Below, piece by piece: positions 13,143-24,260 of a DNA stretch of 64,000 bases (positions are counted from its first letter, which is position 1; each line of letters begins with the position of its first letter). The notes under the pieces were generated by a model. It was given only the letters and a program-made list of their open reading frames with translations. It had not been told where the DNA came from and ran no database searches. Source of the DNA: Eledone cirrhosa (Eukaryota); assembly GCA_964016885.1 (NCBI GenBank), contig OZ024742.1, forward strand, positions 104,036,001 to 104,100,000, given 5' to 3'. The translations under genes and the position numbers were made by a program.

Positions 13143-13271
13143 AATATGGTTTTATAAATATAGTTTCCATTTATTAATATCGTATATCTACTCCAAAAAC
13201 ATGTCGAGTGCTTTATATCAGTTATAAAATATTTACTTGTTGTATCCCAATAATTTTAAATAGAACTTTTG

Positions 13272-13272
13272 C

Positions 13273-13344
<72 letters not shown>

Positions 13345-13380
13345 ATATATATATATATATATATAAATATATATATATAT

Positions 13381-13428
<48 letters not shown>

Positions 13429-13429
13429 G

Positions 13430-13472
<43 letters not shown>

Positions 13473-13473
13473 G

Positions 13474-13558
<85 letters not shown>

Positions 13559-13612
13559 CATATATATATATGCAGAAATGTATATATATATCAAATATAT
13601 ATATCATATATA
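13272..13612. repeat. (TA)n microsatellite; further tracts at 14226-14392, 14964-15039, 31105-31163, 32099-32142
   Basis: Direct observation. Confidence 0.97.
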
Positions 13613-13660
13613 GTAGTGAAAGAGTGAAGAATAACATGGTCAACTGTACAAAAAGGGTTT

Positions 13661-13769
13661 TATTTACAATTGTTTCATTGATCAGGTGAGTCTAAAGGCT
13701 GCTAATCACTGGATGTTGCGTCACTCGACCTTAAATACAGTGTGTGTCTCTGATCAAATCATCTGAATA
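13661..13769 (-). ncRNA. Degenerate hammerhead ribozyme with extended stem II
   Basis: Minus strand: TATT-CAGATGA-TTTGATCAG...CTGATCAAT-GAAA-CAATTG-TA-AATA; core has U4->A. Confidence 0.5.
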
Positions 13770-13853
13770 CTGGAAGGTGTAACACAAATCATATATATAT
13801 ATATCATATATATCATATGTATATATCATATATATATATATATATGATATATA

Positions 13854-14163
13854 TATAAAGAAAAAGAGATGAAATCGAAAATGCAACTGGAGTCTTATTT
13901 TTAAAAAAAATATATATATTTATTTGGTTCCTTTACCGGTTTCGCAGTTCTTCTGCTTTTCAAAAGGTGAGTTGAGATGGAGGGTCTGTGGTTTTTCTCA
14001 CATCTGTGAGAAAAAGAGAAAAACCACAGACCCTCCATCTCAACTCACCTTTTGAAAAGCAGAAGAACTGCGAAACCGGTAAAGGAACCAAATAAATATA
14101 TATATATTTTTAAAAAAAATAAGACTCCAGTTGCATTTTCGATTTCATCTCTTTTTCTTTATA
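13854..14163. repeat. ~146-bp near-perfect inverted repeat (probable PLE remnant) with a hammerhead in each arm
   Basis: 13854-13999 is close to the reverse complement of 14016-14163; 16-bp spacer. Confidence 0.9.
14048..14085 (+). ncRNA. Minimal hammerhead ribozyme, U3-A8 core variant (inverted copy at 13930-13967)
   Basis: CCTT-TTGAAAA-GCAG aagaa CTGC-GAAA-CCGG-TA-AAGG: stems I and II and palindromic stem III (ACCGGT) all pair. Confidence 0.7.
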
Positions 14164-14218
14164 CTTTCACTCGTGTAGGACACCTCGGTTATTTTTCATT
14201 TTGTAAAAAAAACCTCAC

Positions 14219-14273
<55 letters not shown>

Positions 14274-14274
14274 C

Positions 14275-14329
<55 letters not shown>

Positions 14330-14332
14330 TAT

Positions 14333-14391
<59 letters not shown>

Positions 14392-14395
<4 letters not shown>

Positions 14396-14891
14396 TTAAA
14401 AGTGTACATCCACATATGTATACTGAAATACTAGTATGCATATAAATACACACACGTATACATATGTACATGTACCGAGTTTTTCACTGGACACTTTACT
14501 GTGAGTGTCCAGCTAGTCTGTATGTAACCAAACAGACAAACCGGTTTTTAGAGTCATACTGGTTTTCATAGAAAAAGCATATAACGATATGTGCTTTTAT
14601 GATTCTCTAGAGAGGCCGGAAGATGGGTATATATTGCTGATGAGATGTAATAACATCGAAACTAGTCCAATATTCCTGTCTGGCTCTCTGGAGAATAGAG
14701 GAAAGGTGTTTCCTTGAAAACCAGTATGACTCTAAAAACCGGTTTGTCTGTTTGGTTACATACAGACTAGCTGGACACTCACAGTAAAGTGTCCAGTGAA
14801 AAACTCGGTACATGTACATATGTATACGTGTGTGTATTTATATGCATACTAGTATTTCAGTATACATATGTGGATGTACACTTTTAACTTA
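14392..14891. repeat. ~175-bp inverted repeat (probable PLE remnant) with a hammerhead in the spacer
   Basis: ~14392-14568 is the reverse complement of ~14715-14891. Confidence 0.9.
14631..14673 (+). ncRNA. Canonical minimal type I hammerhead ribozyme
   Basis: ATATTG-CTGATGA-GATG taataa CATC-GAAA-CTAG-TC-CAATAT: intact core, 6-bp stem I, 4-bp stem II, palindromic stem III ACTAGT, GUC site. Confidence 0.88.
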
Positions 14892-14960
14892 ATTGTTTAA
14901 GCGTCAGTCATACAAAAGTGAGTTACAAACGAAACGAAATTTAATTTCGTTTCGTTATTT

Positions 14961-15039
<79 letters not shown>

Positions 15040-15042
<3 letters not shown>

Positions 15043-16331
15043 GGTGCGGACGATATTTGTCTAGGTAAAAATAACACAGTAGTTTTATTTTTTAAGATAT
15101 ATTTATCAAACTTGGGTCAGTTTGTCTTCATGACTTGTTCTTTCGATCTCACTCGATAAATCCGCCATTGGCTTTGATGACGGCCTCAAGGCGGCCTCGG
15201 AACCGGCTACAGGCCTTCGTCACTGTCCCCTGACTTAGGCCCCTAAAGGCACTTGTGATCCTGGCCTTCAGATCGTCTTTCGTATTGCAGCTAGATCTGT
15301 TGGTGTCTCATTCCACTGCGCCTTACACAAAGAAGTCGAGGGTGTTGCAGTCAGGCGAGCTGGGAGGCCAGATGTCAAATGAAGTGTGGTCGACAAAGTT
15401 CTCTGACAGCCAGGCTTGGGTCTTTCGGCTGGTATGGCAGGGCGCTGAGTCTTGCTGCCACACGTACGGCCTAACTGCAGCTACCTGGTCGATCCAGGGC
15501 TTTACGACCTCGCTCAGAATGCGGATGTAGTCATTAGTGTTCAGCTTGAGGCCCTCAAGTAAGAAGTGAGGTGGCATGACGTCACCTTGGCTGTTGACGA
15601 CACCTAACACCAATGTTGTCGCTGGAAACTTTGCCTGCATGACTCTGGGCACGTCTTTGGATGAGACAGTGAGCCACCTGTTGTTCTGGGAGTTGATCTT
15701 CTGGTCTTGGCAGAAGTTTTTCTCGTCGGAGAAAAACCACAGCATGTCTGGCTCCAGTGGGTGTTTCAACTTGTTGATCAGCTGCTTTGCGTGCTTCAGT
15801 CGCTTTTCTTGCATCGCCTTTGACAGAAATTGTCCTTTCCTCATCTTGTATGAAACGTAGCGAATGTCTTCATGTACCACCAGCCTAATGAGCTTTTCAT
15901 CCACGCCTTTCTCCCTTGCAATGGCACGCATCGACTTGCTAGGTTCATTCTTGATGATATCCTGAACTTCAGCGACGAACGCGGGCGTTCTGAAGGCGTC
16001 AGATCGTCGATCATGTGTTTTCCTCTCTGATGTTACTTCGTAGTCGAATCCTGAATCTTCCAATTCCTTTCTGACATTTTCCACCATTCTCCTGCTGACA
16101 CTGAGAAAGTCTGAAATTTCCTTATTTGTCCTCCCGGCGTGGATTCCAAGAAGAACTCCGTGTCTCTTCCACAAATTTGGAGGTTCAAAATTATTCATAA
16201 TCAATTATTCTGAAAATAAATAATGGAAATATAGTCACTGTTTTTATGAAGACAAGAGTGACAACGGAAGTAAAAAAAATTTGCATAAAATTAGCAATTG
16301 AAAATTGCGAACAAATATCGTCCACACCCTG
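15040..16331 (-). mobile_element. Full-length Tc1/mariner (DD37D, maT-like) DNA transposon inserted in (TA)n
   Basis: TIRs CAGGGTGYGGACGATATTTGT at both ends with TA flanks; internal transposase. Confidence 0.93.
15149..16198 (-). pseudogene. DD37D transposase with two late in-frame stops
   Basis: FSDEK, WQQDSAPCH, SPDCNTLDF (37 residues between D2 and D3); frame continues V*GAVE*DTN...RLEAVIKANGGFIE*. Confidence 0.88.
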
Positions 16332-16959
16332 TATATACACACATACATACATACATATATATTTATATATATATATATATATGATGGCTGCCCCCTCGTT
16401 ATCAAGTATGGCCATAGCACGATATACCATTATTAATAATTATTAATTAATTCTATCATGCAATGCTTGTGCGTGAAGATAATTTTTAAAGTGAGGAAAG
16501 ACTGTGCACTGAGCCAATCCCACTCTCTGAGCGACAGTAGCTATAACCCAAAAAGAAGAAAAGATCAACATCATCGGTAACTACTGAGCCGCAGGTTTTA
16601 TATCGGAGTTATCCCAGTTTCCTGAGTTGCCTTCTCCTAGAAGAATGCCCTGACAAAGGCTAGGGGTCCTTGACTCCCAGTGGTTTAACCGTGTGATCGG
16701 GTGTCCAGTCCGACTATTTGTATGTCCCTGCGCATATACATACACATGCACCCATGTATATACACATATACATATACATACATATATACATGTGTATATA
16801 CATATTTACATACATTTGGATGGCCGTTGACTTTTATGAGTTCTCCCGCCTTTCCTCAGGTTTTATTTTTTTGTCCTGCAGGGTGTCAAAATCAACATGC
16901 GACAGGTTGTACTGGGTTACATGTTACCAGTAGCCCTCAAGAGTGACTCAACACATATA

Positions 16960-17819
16960 TATATATAGTTCAGAGAGCTTATACCACTATTGGCTAAAGG
17001 TTTCTCTCTAAAAATGAAAGGCAGGCTGTATGATGCCTGCATACGAACAGCAATGTTACATGGCAGTGAGACTTGGGTATTGTGTGCAGAGGATATATGC
17101 AGACTGGAGAGGAACGAAGCTTGCATGCTCCATTGGATGTGTAATAGTAATATACGTGAACGGCAAAGCATGAATGAACTAAGGGAGAAATTAGGAATAA
17201 GAGGGATCAGATGTTGTTTACTCGAGAGAAGACTACGTTGGTATGGTCACGTGATGCGCATGAAAAACGACAGCTGTATAAAAAAGTGCAGGGCGATAAA
17301 AATAGACGGTAGCCACAGATTAGGCAGACCCAGAAAAACCTGGGACGACTTGATAAATTCTGACCTCACACACTTACACCTCTCCAAGACAATGTCACTG
17401 GACCGAGATCTTTGGCGCTACACAGTAATACAGAAGACCCGCCTTGCCTAAGTACAAAGCGAAACCTACAGTCAGTAGGCACCTCTTAACAAAAATACAC
17501 CCCCGTCCCACTACTCCCACCCTATCCACACCACCCCTTCAATGTAAAGTTATGTTGGTACCACAACATCCAGTCCGAAATAAATGAGGTCGTGTAGGTG
17601 TCACGACAAAAAAAACACACAGTCCACGCTGTAATGTGGCCGTGTAGGTAACACGGTAAAAACCTCCCAGTCCACACTGTAAACGTGGTTGGTGTTAGGA
17701 AGGGCATCCAGCCGTAGAAAACCCGCCAGACAGTCCTATGCGAGCAAGACAACCACTCTTGCCTCAAGTGGGAAAATTCCCGTCCAAACCCATGCAAGCG
17801 TGGAAGATGGACGTTAAAC

Positions 17820-17854
<35 letters not shown>
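16960..17854 (+). mobile_element. 5'-truncated RTE LINE (same family as 1-2401)
   Basis: KGFSLKMKGRLYDACIRTAMLHGSETW...RRLRWYGHV, 3' UTR and (GAT)n tail. Confidence 0.9.
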
Positions 17855-17855
<1 letters not shown>

Positions 17856-18119
17856 ATATATATATACATACATATATATATGTGTACATACATGCATATT
17901 TATATATATATATACTGTGAGCCAGACCAAATACCAAAACATTTTTAATCCAACATCCTAAAGATTGTCAATTCACTGCCTTATACAATAGTATAGAAGT
18001 TTCAAAATATATTCAAAGATAATTGAGTATGTTATCCTTCCTATGATATGTAAATCCTCTTCACTATTATCCTACTTCACCCTGTTTTATTCTGCAACTT
18101 GTACCACTTTCTTTTGCAG

Positions 18120-18314
18120 TATTACAACATTACCAATGATGCTACAGTGTATTGAATGTAACACAAAACTCCACCATCAAGTGACACACCTCACATTGCC
18201 TCTTGGTGCCATTATCAATATTAATGCTGGAGTTTTATACAAGTCAGTAGCCTGTATATTCATTGCTCAATATGAAGGAGTACCTTTAACAATAGGAAGG
18301 TTGATAATTATAAG
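18120..18314 (+). CDS. SLC1/EAAT-family transporter, exon (HP1b-TM7)
   Basis: ttttgcag| ... |gtgaga; (S)ITTLPMMLQCIE...LPLGAIININAGVLYKSVACIFIAQYEG aligns to SATLP...[25 protein letters not shown]. Confidence 0.9.
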
Positions 18315-18908
18315 GTGAGATTGCTTACTGTCTCAAACATTCCACTTACAAAACAATGTTATCTTGTTTTTTAATTCTTAACTTCTTGTAATGGTTTAGT
18401 AGAAAATATCTAAAAACAGGTTTGCTAATTCAAATGTTTACAGTGACTTTACCAGTGAACAGATTGTTGTGAAAATTTGCAGGAAACTAAAATGTTTACA
18501 CTGACTTTACTAGTGGACAGATTGTTGTTAACATTTGCAGGAAACTAAAATAAAGACTTCAATATTTAATATGATGCTGCACTTTTGTACTTTTCAAGAA
18601 TGTCTTGCTAATGTGCTTTCATATGGTACAGAACAATAACTCTTAATACCCTATGATTTAGCAGAAAATATTGAAATATTGGTTTCTTAATTCGAAAGTT
18701 TATAGTAACTTGGCTAGTGGATAGATAGATCAGTGTGAAAATATATAATATTAAAGTAAGGACTTTAATTTTTAATGTGATTCAGTTATAGTGATGTTTT
18801 GTTCTTTTAAAGAATGCCTTTACTAATGCAGTTTCATGTGATAGAAGACATTAAGAGTTAATATTGTTTCTTCCTCTTTACCTACTGCCTGTGATTATCA
18901 TAATTTTA

Positions 18909-19093
18909 AGGCGGTGGATTGGCAGTATTGGTAGAGGGTCGGATGCCATGCTTTCCAGCATAGTTACGTCCCTTAAGGATCTGAGTTCAAATCCCGCTGA
19001 GGTTGACTTTGCCTTTCATCCTTACGGGGTCGATAAAATAAAGTACCAGTAATGCACTGGGTAATTGCTGGCCTTGTGCCAAAAGTAGAAACA
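18909..19093 (+). mobile_element. tRNA-derived SINE (family A) with 15-bp TSD
   Basis: ATTATCATAATTTTA at 18894-18908 and 19094-19108. Confidence 0.9.
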
Positions 19094-19464
19094 ATTATCA
19101 TAATTTTACATCTGTTTTCCATGTTTGCATGAGTTAGATAGATCCTCTCCAGTACAGCCTGTTTCCATTTGAAACATTCCTTTGTCATCTCCTCTGTGAG
19201 GTTCAGTGACTTGAGATCAACTCTCACCACTTCTGCCCAGGTTTTATTTAGTCTTTCTCTACTACAGCTCTATTTCAGTATTCAAATTTGAATCTATTTA
19301 ACTATCTATCTGCCTACTAATCTATAGTGGCATTATATTAAGTGTAAACTATTGTTGCATTTCCCAGTTTGTTGAATATACAAGTATACTGACATCTTGT
19401 TGACTGCATGTTTAATATGGTATGGTTAACAATTCATTGTAGATAATAATTTATGGTTGTATGT

Positions 19465-19915
19465 TTAGTGCTGGTGCAATGATAAAATATACCCAGCCTA
19501 CATTGTAAAGTGTATTGTTGGTAGCATGATAAAGATCCCTAGTCTACCTTGTAAGATGTGAGCACTGATGATAATAAAAAGGCACCAGTCCATCCTGTAA
19601 AGTGATAGAGCTGGTACCATGATAAAAAACATCCAGTCCACCTTGTAAGGTGGGAGTACTGGTGCTCCAATCAAAGACAACCCGTTCACCCTGTAAGGTT
19701 GTAGTACTGGTGCCACAATAAAATGCACCTAATACATGCTGTAAGGAGATTGGCATAAGGAAGGGTATCCAACAATTGAAACCAAACCAAACTAAAAACA
19801 ATGTATGAAGAAAGCGCTGTCGCCCAACCTATCTAGTCTCAGAATGTAACAACCCATCTAACTCATGCCAGCATGGAAAATAAATGGTAAACAGTGATGA
19901 TGATGATGATGATGT
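19465..19915 (+). repeat. RTE 3'-end derivative with tandem ~40-44-bp subunits and (GAT)n tail
   Basis: Repeated GGTGCCAC...AAAGCACCCAGTCCACCCTGTAAGGT-like units followed by AGGAAGGGTATCC; similar arrays at 27290-27540 and 2140-2250. Confidence 0.7.
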
Positions 19916-20136
19916 TTAGGTGATTATTTTATCTCAATATATTTGGTATATAGAAACAGATTTAGTCTTCATGTGAAGGTAGGAAATTAAAAGACAAGAG
20001 TTATGGATCCTAATAAAGTCACATAAGTTCCAGATCAGTTGAAATTCTATTTAGATATAGAAATCTTTAATAGAAGTGTATATGAAGGTATATATGATAT
20101 GTCTATGTATAATAAACATACAAGAGTCTCACTATG

Positions 20137-20475
20137 AAATATAATGAAAATTATTGTGTACAGTGCTCAGGTGCACTACAACTCATCAAAGGTGCATGTA
20201 TAGTACATAGAATAATGTACAAATGCCAGGGAAGCGAACAGTGTATGAGTCATGATATACACAGACACACACATGTGTGCATGTATATATGGAAGGGGAA
20301 TATCAGGTGTAGTATTGGCGAATTTCGGGAAGCATGGAAGTTTTGAAGGATGCAGTGTCTCAACAGCTAACAACTGATGATGCAGGCAGTTTGTTTTCAT
20401 GCTTCAGCAACTCTGAGCTTAAAAAATGTTTCTTGAAAGTCATGGGAGCTGTGCGGTTTCCTGATTTTGTAATGC
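20137..20475 (-). mobile_element. CR1-like LINE 3' fragment
   Basis: Inverted homolog of 3670-3998. Confidence 0.65.
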
Positions 20476-21607
20476 TTTAAGCTGTGATCATCTTACAGCT
20501 ATCTTAGTATGATCACAGCTGAAAACATTCATAGCAGAACTCTTGTATGTTTGTATATGCCTTCATATATACCACTATTATGAACAGGCTATGTTAGTGC
20601 TACTACCAATTAATCCTAGCCAGTCAAACTCACACTATGTAAATGAGAACCTCCAGTTGATGTTTCATTCACATTATATACAAATGAGAATTTCCAACTG
20701 ATGTTTCATATGTTTCATATAAAAAAGTATATAAGCTATAGCTTATTCTTGTCTCAGTACTGAATGAGTAAACATCACTGATGATGGATAAAAATACAGA
20801 ATCATGTGTAAGATGTTTCACACAACTACAGAATTAGCTGTGGAATGATCACAGCTTAAAACTTCAAAGTGAAACTTTTGTATGTTTATTATACATAAAC
20901 ATAATGTATATGCCTTTGTTAGTGTTACTGCTCGTAAAATTCTTTATTTAATTTTATATATAGACAGTGTTTGTTAAATGATTGTAGTTCTATAAAAAGT
21001 ATAAGTGAGCTATTAGGTAGTCATTTAACCTGCTAGAAATAGCAGCCAAATTTCCTGAAGATACACACTACCAACTTATACACACAAACACATTTTGAAT
21101 AATGAAACCCTAGATACTTAATGTTTCCTCTGCCTAGTATAGGATGCCTTTTTTTTCTGTTTAGTCAGGGAGGGAAGGGTCTCGGAGACTGCTAGAAGGA
21201 AGAAAGTTGTCCTCAAGTCACAGACCCTGCCCACATACAACTGAGTGAACTGCACTAAAGGCACACAAGGCTTAGTTAGTGGCATTAAATTGAGTGACAT
21301 ATTAAATATATTCTGCACTATCCAAGAACTCATAATACAAAGAGCCAAATCAGATATTGTAAGCCATCTCATTCAACACTTTAATCCTTTCAATACCATC
21401 TTGTGCCTAAATCAGAAACCATTATTACAGGGGTCGATAAAATAAAGTACCAGTAATGCACTGGGTAATTGCTGGCCTTGTGCCTAAAGTAGAAACAATT
21501 ATTACATGACAGATATCTATTAGATTTCAGTAGTTAAATGTTTGTCTTTTGTTATTAAGTTGAAAGTTAGTTATTTTACTAAACCTCTCATAATTATGTT
21601 TACAGTT

Positions 21608-21950
21608 TTTGACAATGTTGCCAATATAGCTGTGTTGACTATCTTGACAATATAGTTGTGTTGACTGTGTTGAGTATATTGACAATATAGCTGAGTTGAC
21701 TGTGTTTGTAATTATGTTGACTATGTTGTCAATTGTGTTGACTATGTGGACAATATAGTTGTGTTGACTATGTAGACAATATAGCTGTGTTGATTATGTT
21801 GTCAATATAATTATGTTGGCCATGTTGACAATATAGCTGTGTTGACTGTATCAACAATATAGTTGTGTTGATTATCTTGGCCATGTCATTAATATAGCTG
21901 TGTTGACTATGTAGACAATATAGTTGTGTTGACTGTGTTGACTATGTTCA
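21608..21950. repeat. Degenerate ~26-bp minisatellite (CAATATAGYTGTGTTGACTATGTTGA)
   Basis: About a dozen diverged units. Confidence 0.85.
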
Positions 21951-22299
21951 TTGTTGTATATTAGTATTTAAATTACACCGTTTCTGTTTACTTTTCAGCT
22001 ACGCAGATCTATGTTTACTATTAATAATGTTCACATGAATATAATGTTATCTAAATATTATGAAACTAAAGATATTTCTGTCCATATTGAATGTATGTTA
22101 GCTTAAAGTAAGCTGCTTCAAAAGCCTCTAGAATTGGAAAGTCCACTTTTACCATTTCTAAGGGTGAATATGAACAACTTTGACTATTTTTCATAGTATA
22201 AAAAACTGCACTGAAGAAGCGAACTCTAAGCTAACATACATTTAAAATTTCCTCAAAACATCATAAATACAACTGCGTCAATGTCTGTTTATGTTTCAG

Positions 22300-22434
22300 T
22301 ATCACATCGGCACTTGTATCAATTGGTACGAGAAATCTACCCCAGAATGGTAATTTGGCTCTCCTCGCAGTCCTCAATGCTGCTAGTATCCCTAATGAAA
22401 ATGTCTCCTTAGTTTTGGCAGCTGACTGGGTCTT
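22300..22434 (+). CDS. SLC1/EAAT-family transporter, exon (HP2-TM8a)
   Basis: gtttcag| ... |gtaagt; (S)ITSALVSIGTRNLPQNGNLALLAVLNAASIPNENVSLVLAADWV-L aligns to SITATAASIGAAGxPQAG...LIIAVDW. Confidence 0.9.
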
Positions 22435-23243
22435 GTAAGTAGATTTCTGCTGTAAAATGCTTTCACTATTTACCACTTTTTACATTTTCAATTCAGTGTG
22501 CCATTCTGAATCATCCCACTGGGTCACTTTTCATCCTTTCAAGATTGATATAAAAAAGTAGAAGCCCAGTACTGGGGATTGATTCTTCCTCTATATCTCT
22601 TTCTCATTTCCGCTCTATCACTCTCACTCTCTCCTTCTCTGGAAGAGATCAGCAATGTTGAGACTTGAAGAGGAGATAGGCTCTGCCCAAGACATGCTGT
22701 ATGTCACTACAGTGCCTCCTATGATTCCATTGAGAGTTATGAGTCTATACTTACATGTACATGTGTAGTGAATTAGCAGAGTCATTAAAATATCAGATAG
22801 ATTGCTTTGCAGTATTCGTTCTGGCTTTCTGTCTTCTCTAAATTCAAATCCCACCAAGGTCAGCTTTGCCTTTCATCCTTTTGAGGTCAATAAATAATGT
22901 GCCAGTCCTGTATTGTAGTTAATTATTCCTCTAAATCTCTTTCTCACTTTCTCTCTCTCCTTGTTTGGAAGAAATCAGCTGTACCATATGTATGTACATA
23001 CATACATACATAAACTGCATGTACACATGTACAGATACATGGCATATACACATGAACACATATAACTCAAAACATACACATCTACACATATAATAACATC
23101 CATACTTGCAGACATATCTACCTAGTTGATGTTGTCTAAATTCCAATGAAAAAGTCTTGTGTCTATTGGTATAAATTTATAAAATTATAAAACCAGAAGA
23201 ACATACATACACATATATTAACTTTATTTTTGTTATTTCTCAG

Positions 23244-23334
23244 GAATCGAGTCGGTGTCACTGTAAATACCATTGCTGATGTTGTTGGAGTTGGTGTTAT
23301 AAATCACCTAACACCCCTAGGTGATATAGTGTGA
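23244..23334 (+). CDS. SLC1/EAAT-family transporter, last coding exon (TM8b to stop)
   Basis: ttctcag|g; (L)NRVGVTVNTIADVVGVGVINHLTPLGDIV* aligns to DRxRTxxNVLGDxxGAGIVxHL. Confidence 0.88.
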
Positions 23335-24260
23335 CTATTGTAAACTAAGATGGAAAACAAGACCTTCTGCTTTATTTTCAACACCAATTTCAAATGATAT
23401 CTTCTGTCTCTTTCATTGTTTTATTTCGTTTGTTTGTTGGTTTTTAAAAATATTTAAAAAAATTAAAGTTTTATTGAAACATGAAATATTCTAGTCAGCA
23501 TTTTCTTTTTGATATTTTTAGGCGTTTTGTTGTTGTTTTTTTAACCCCAAGTCAATCCTGACTGAACAGAGTTATTATCGAAAGTGTTTCAGAAATGACT
23601 ATCTATCCCATTCCACTATTGAACATTGTATATTTAGAACTCAATATCCAATGTATCCTTTCCATTTAAATGTTGTAGGGTGCTATTTCTAACAGGCCAA
23701 GAGAGCAGATAAAGGCTATGCCATTAGCTTTGTGCTGTTGCTGTTGTCAATAGCCAATACTAACTATAATATATCTCATACACCAAAATTATCTCTCTGA
23801 ACTCCTTTTCTACAGAATTGTCGCCCAATAATATAACATAACCCAAACAGCACATGCTCTATACAATAACCACTTGATATTATAACACATAATAGAATTA
23901 TACGTGAATAACAAATCATTGATGAGCTGAGAGATAAATGGGGTATAAGCGGAATCAGATATAGTGTGCTAGGAAGAAGACTGAGTTGGTGTGAATATAT
24001 GATGCTTATGAATAATGGTTATTGGGTAAAGAAGAAAATCCCAGTGGAAGGTAGCAACAGCAGAGGATAACCAAGGATGACCAAGGAAGACCTGAGTTAA
24101 GGTGGTGAGAACTGATCTCAAAGCACTGCGGCTCACTGTAGAAATGACAAAGGGAGACAATGACGGATGCTGTGTTGGAGAGGATCTGTCCAACTCATGT
24201 AATCATGGAAAAGCTGAAGTAAAATGGTGATGATGATGATGATAATTACCATCCAACAAA

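Larger units (their letters stand above)
10086..13187 (+). mobile_element. 5'-truncated Penelope-like element (11364-13187) preceded by an inverted ~1.27-kb copy of its 3' end (10086-11363)
   Basis: Arms 10086-11363 and 11914-13187 are near-identical reverse complements; spacer encodes a PLE GIY-YIG C-terminus; a hammerhead lies in each arm; flanked by (TA)n. Confidence 0.85.

Noticed and set aside
13233-15159. YIYIYI-type ORFs
   Set aside because: Translations of (TA)n microsatellites.
20770-20818. Hammerhead-like AAACATCA-CTGATGA...GAAT-CATGTG-TA-AGATGTTT
   Set aside because: GAAA mutated and stem II broken; at most a decayed PLE relic.
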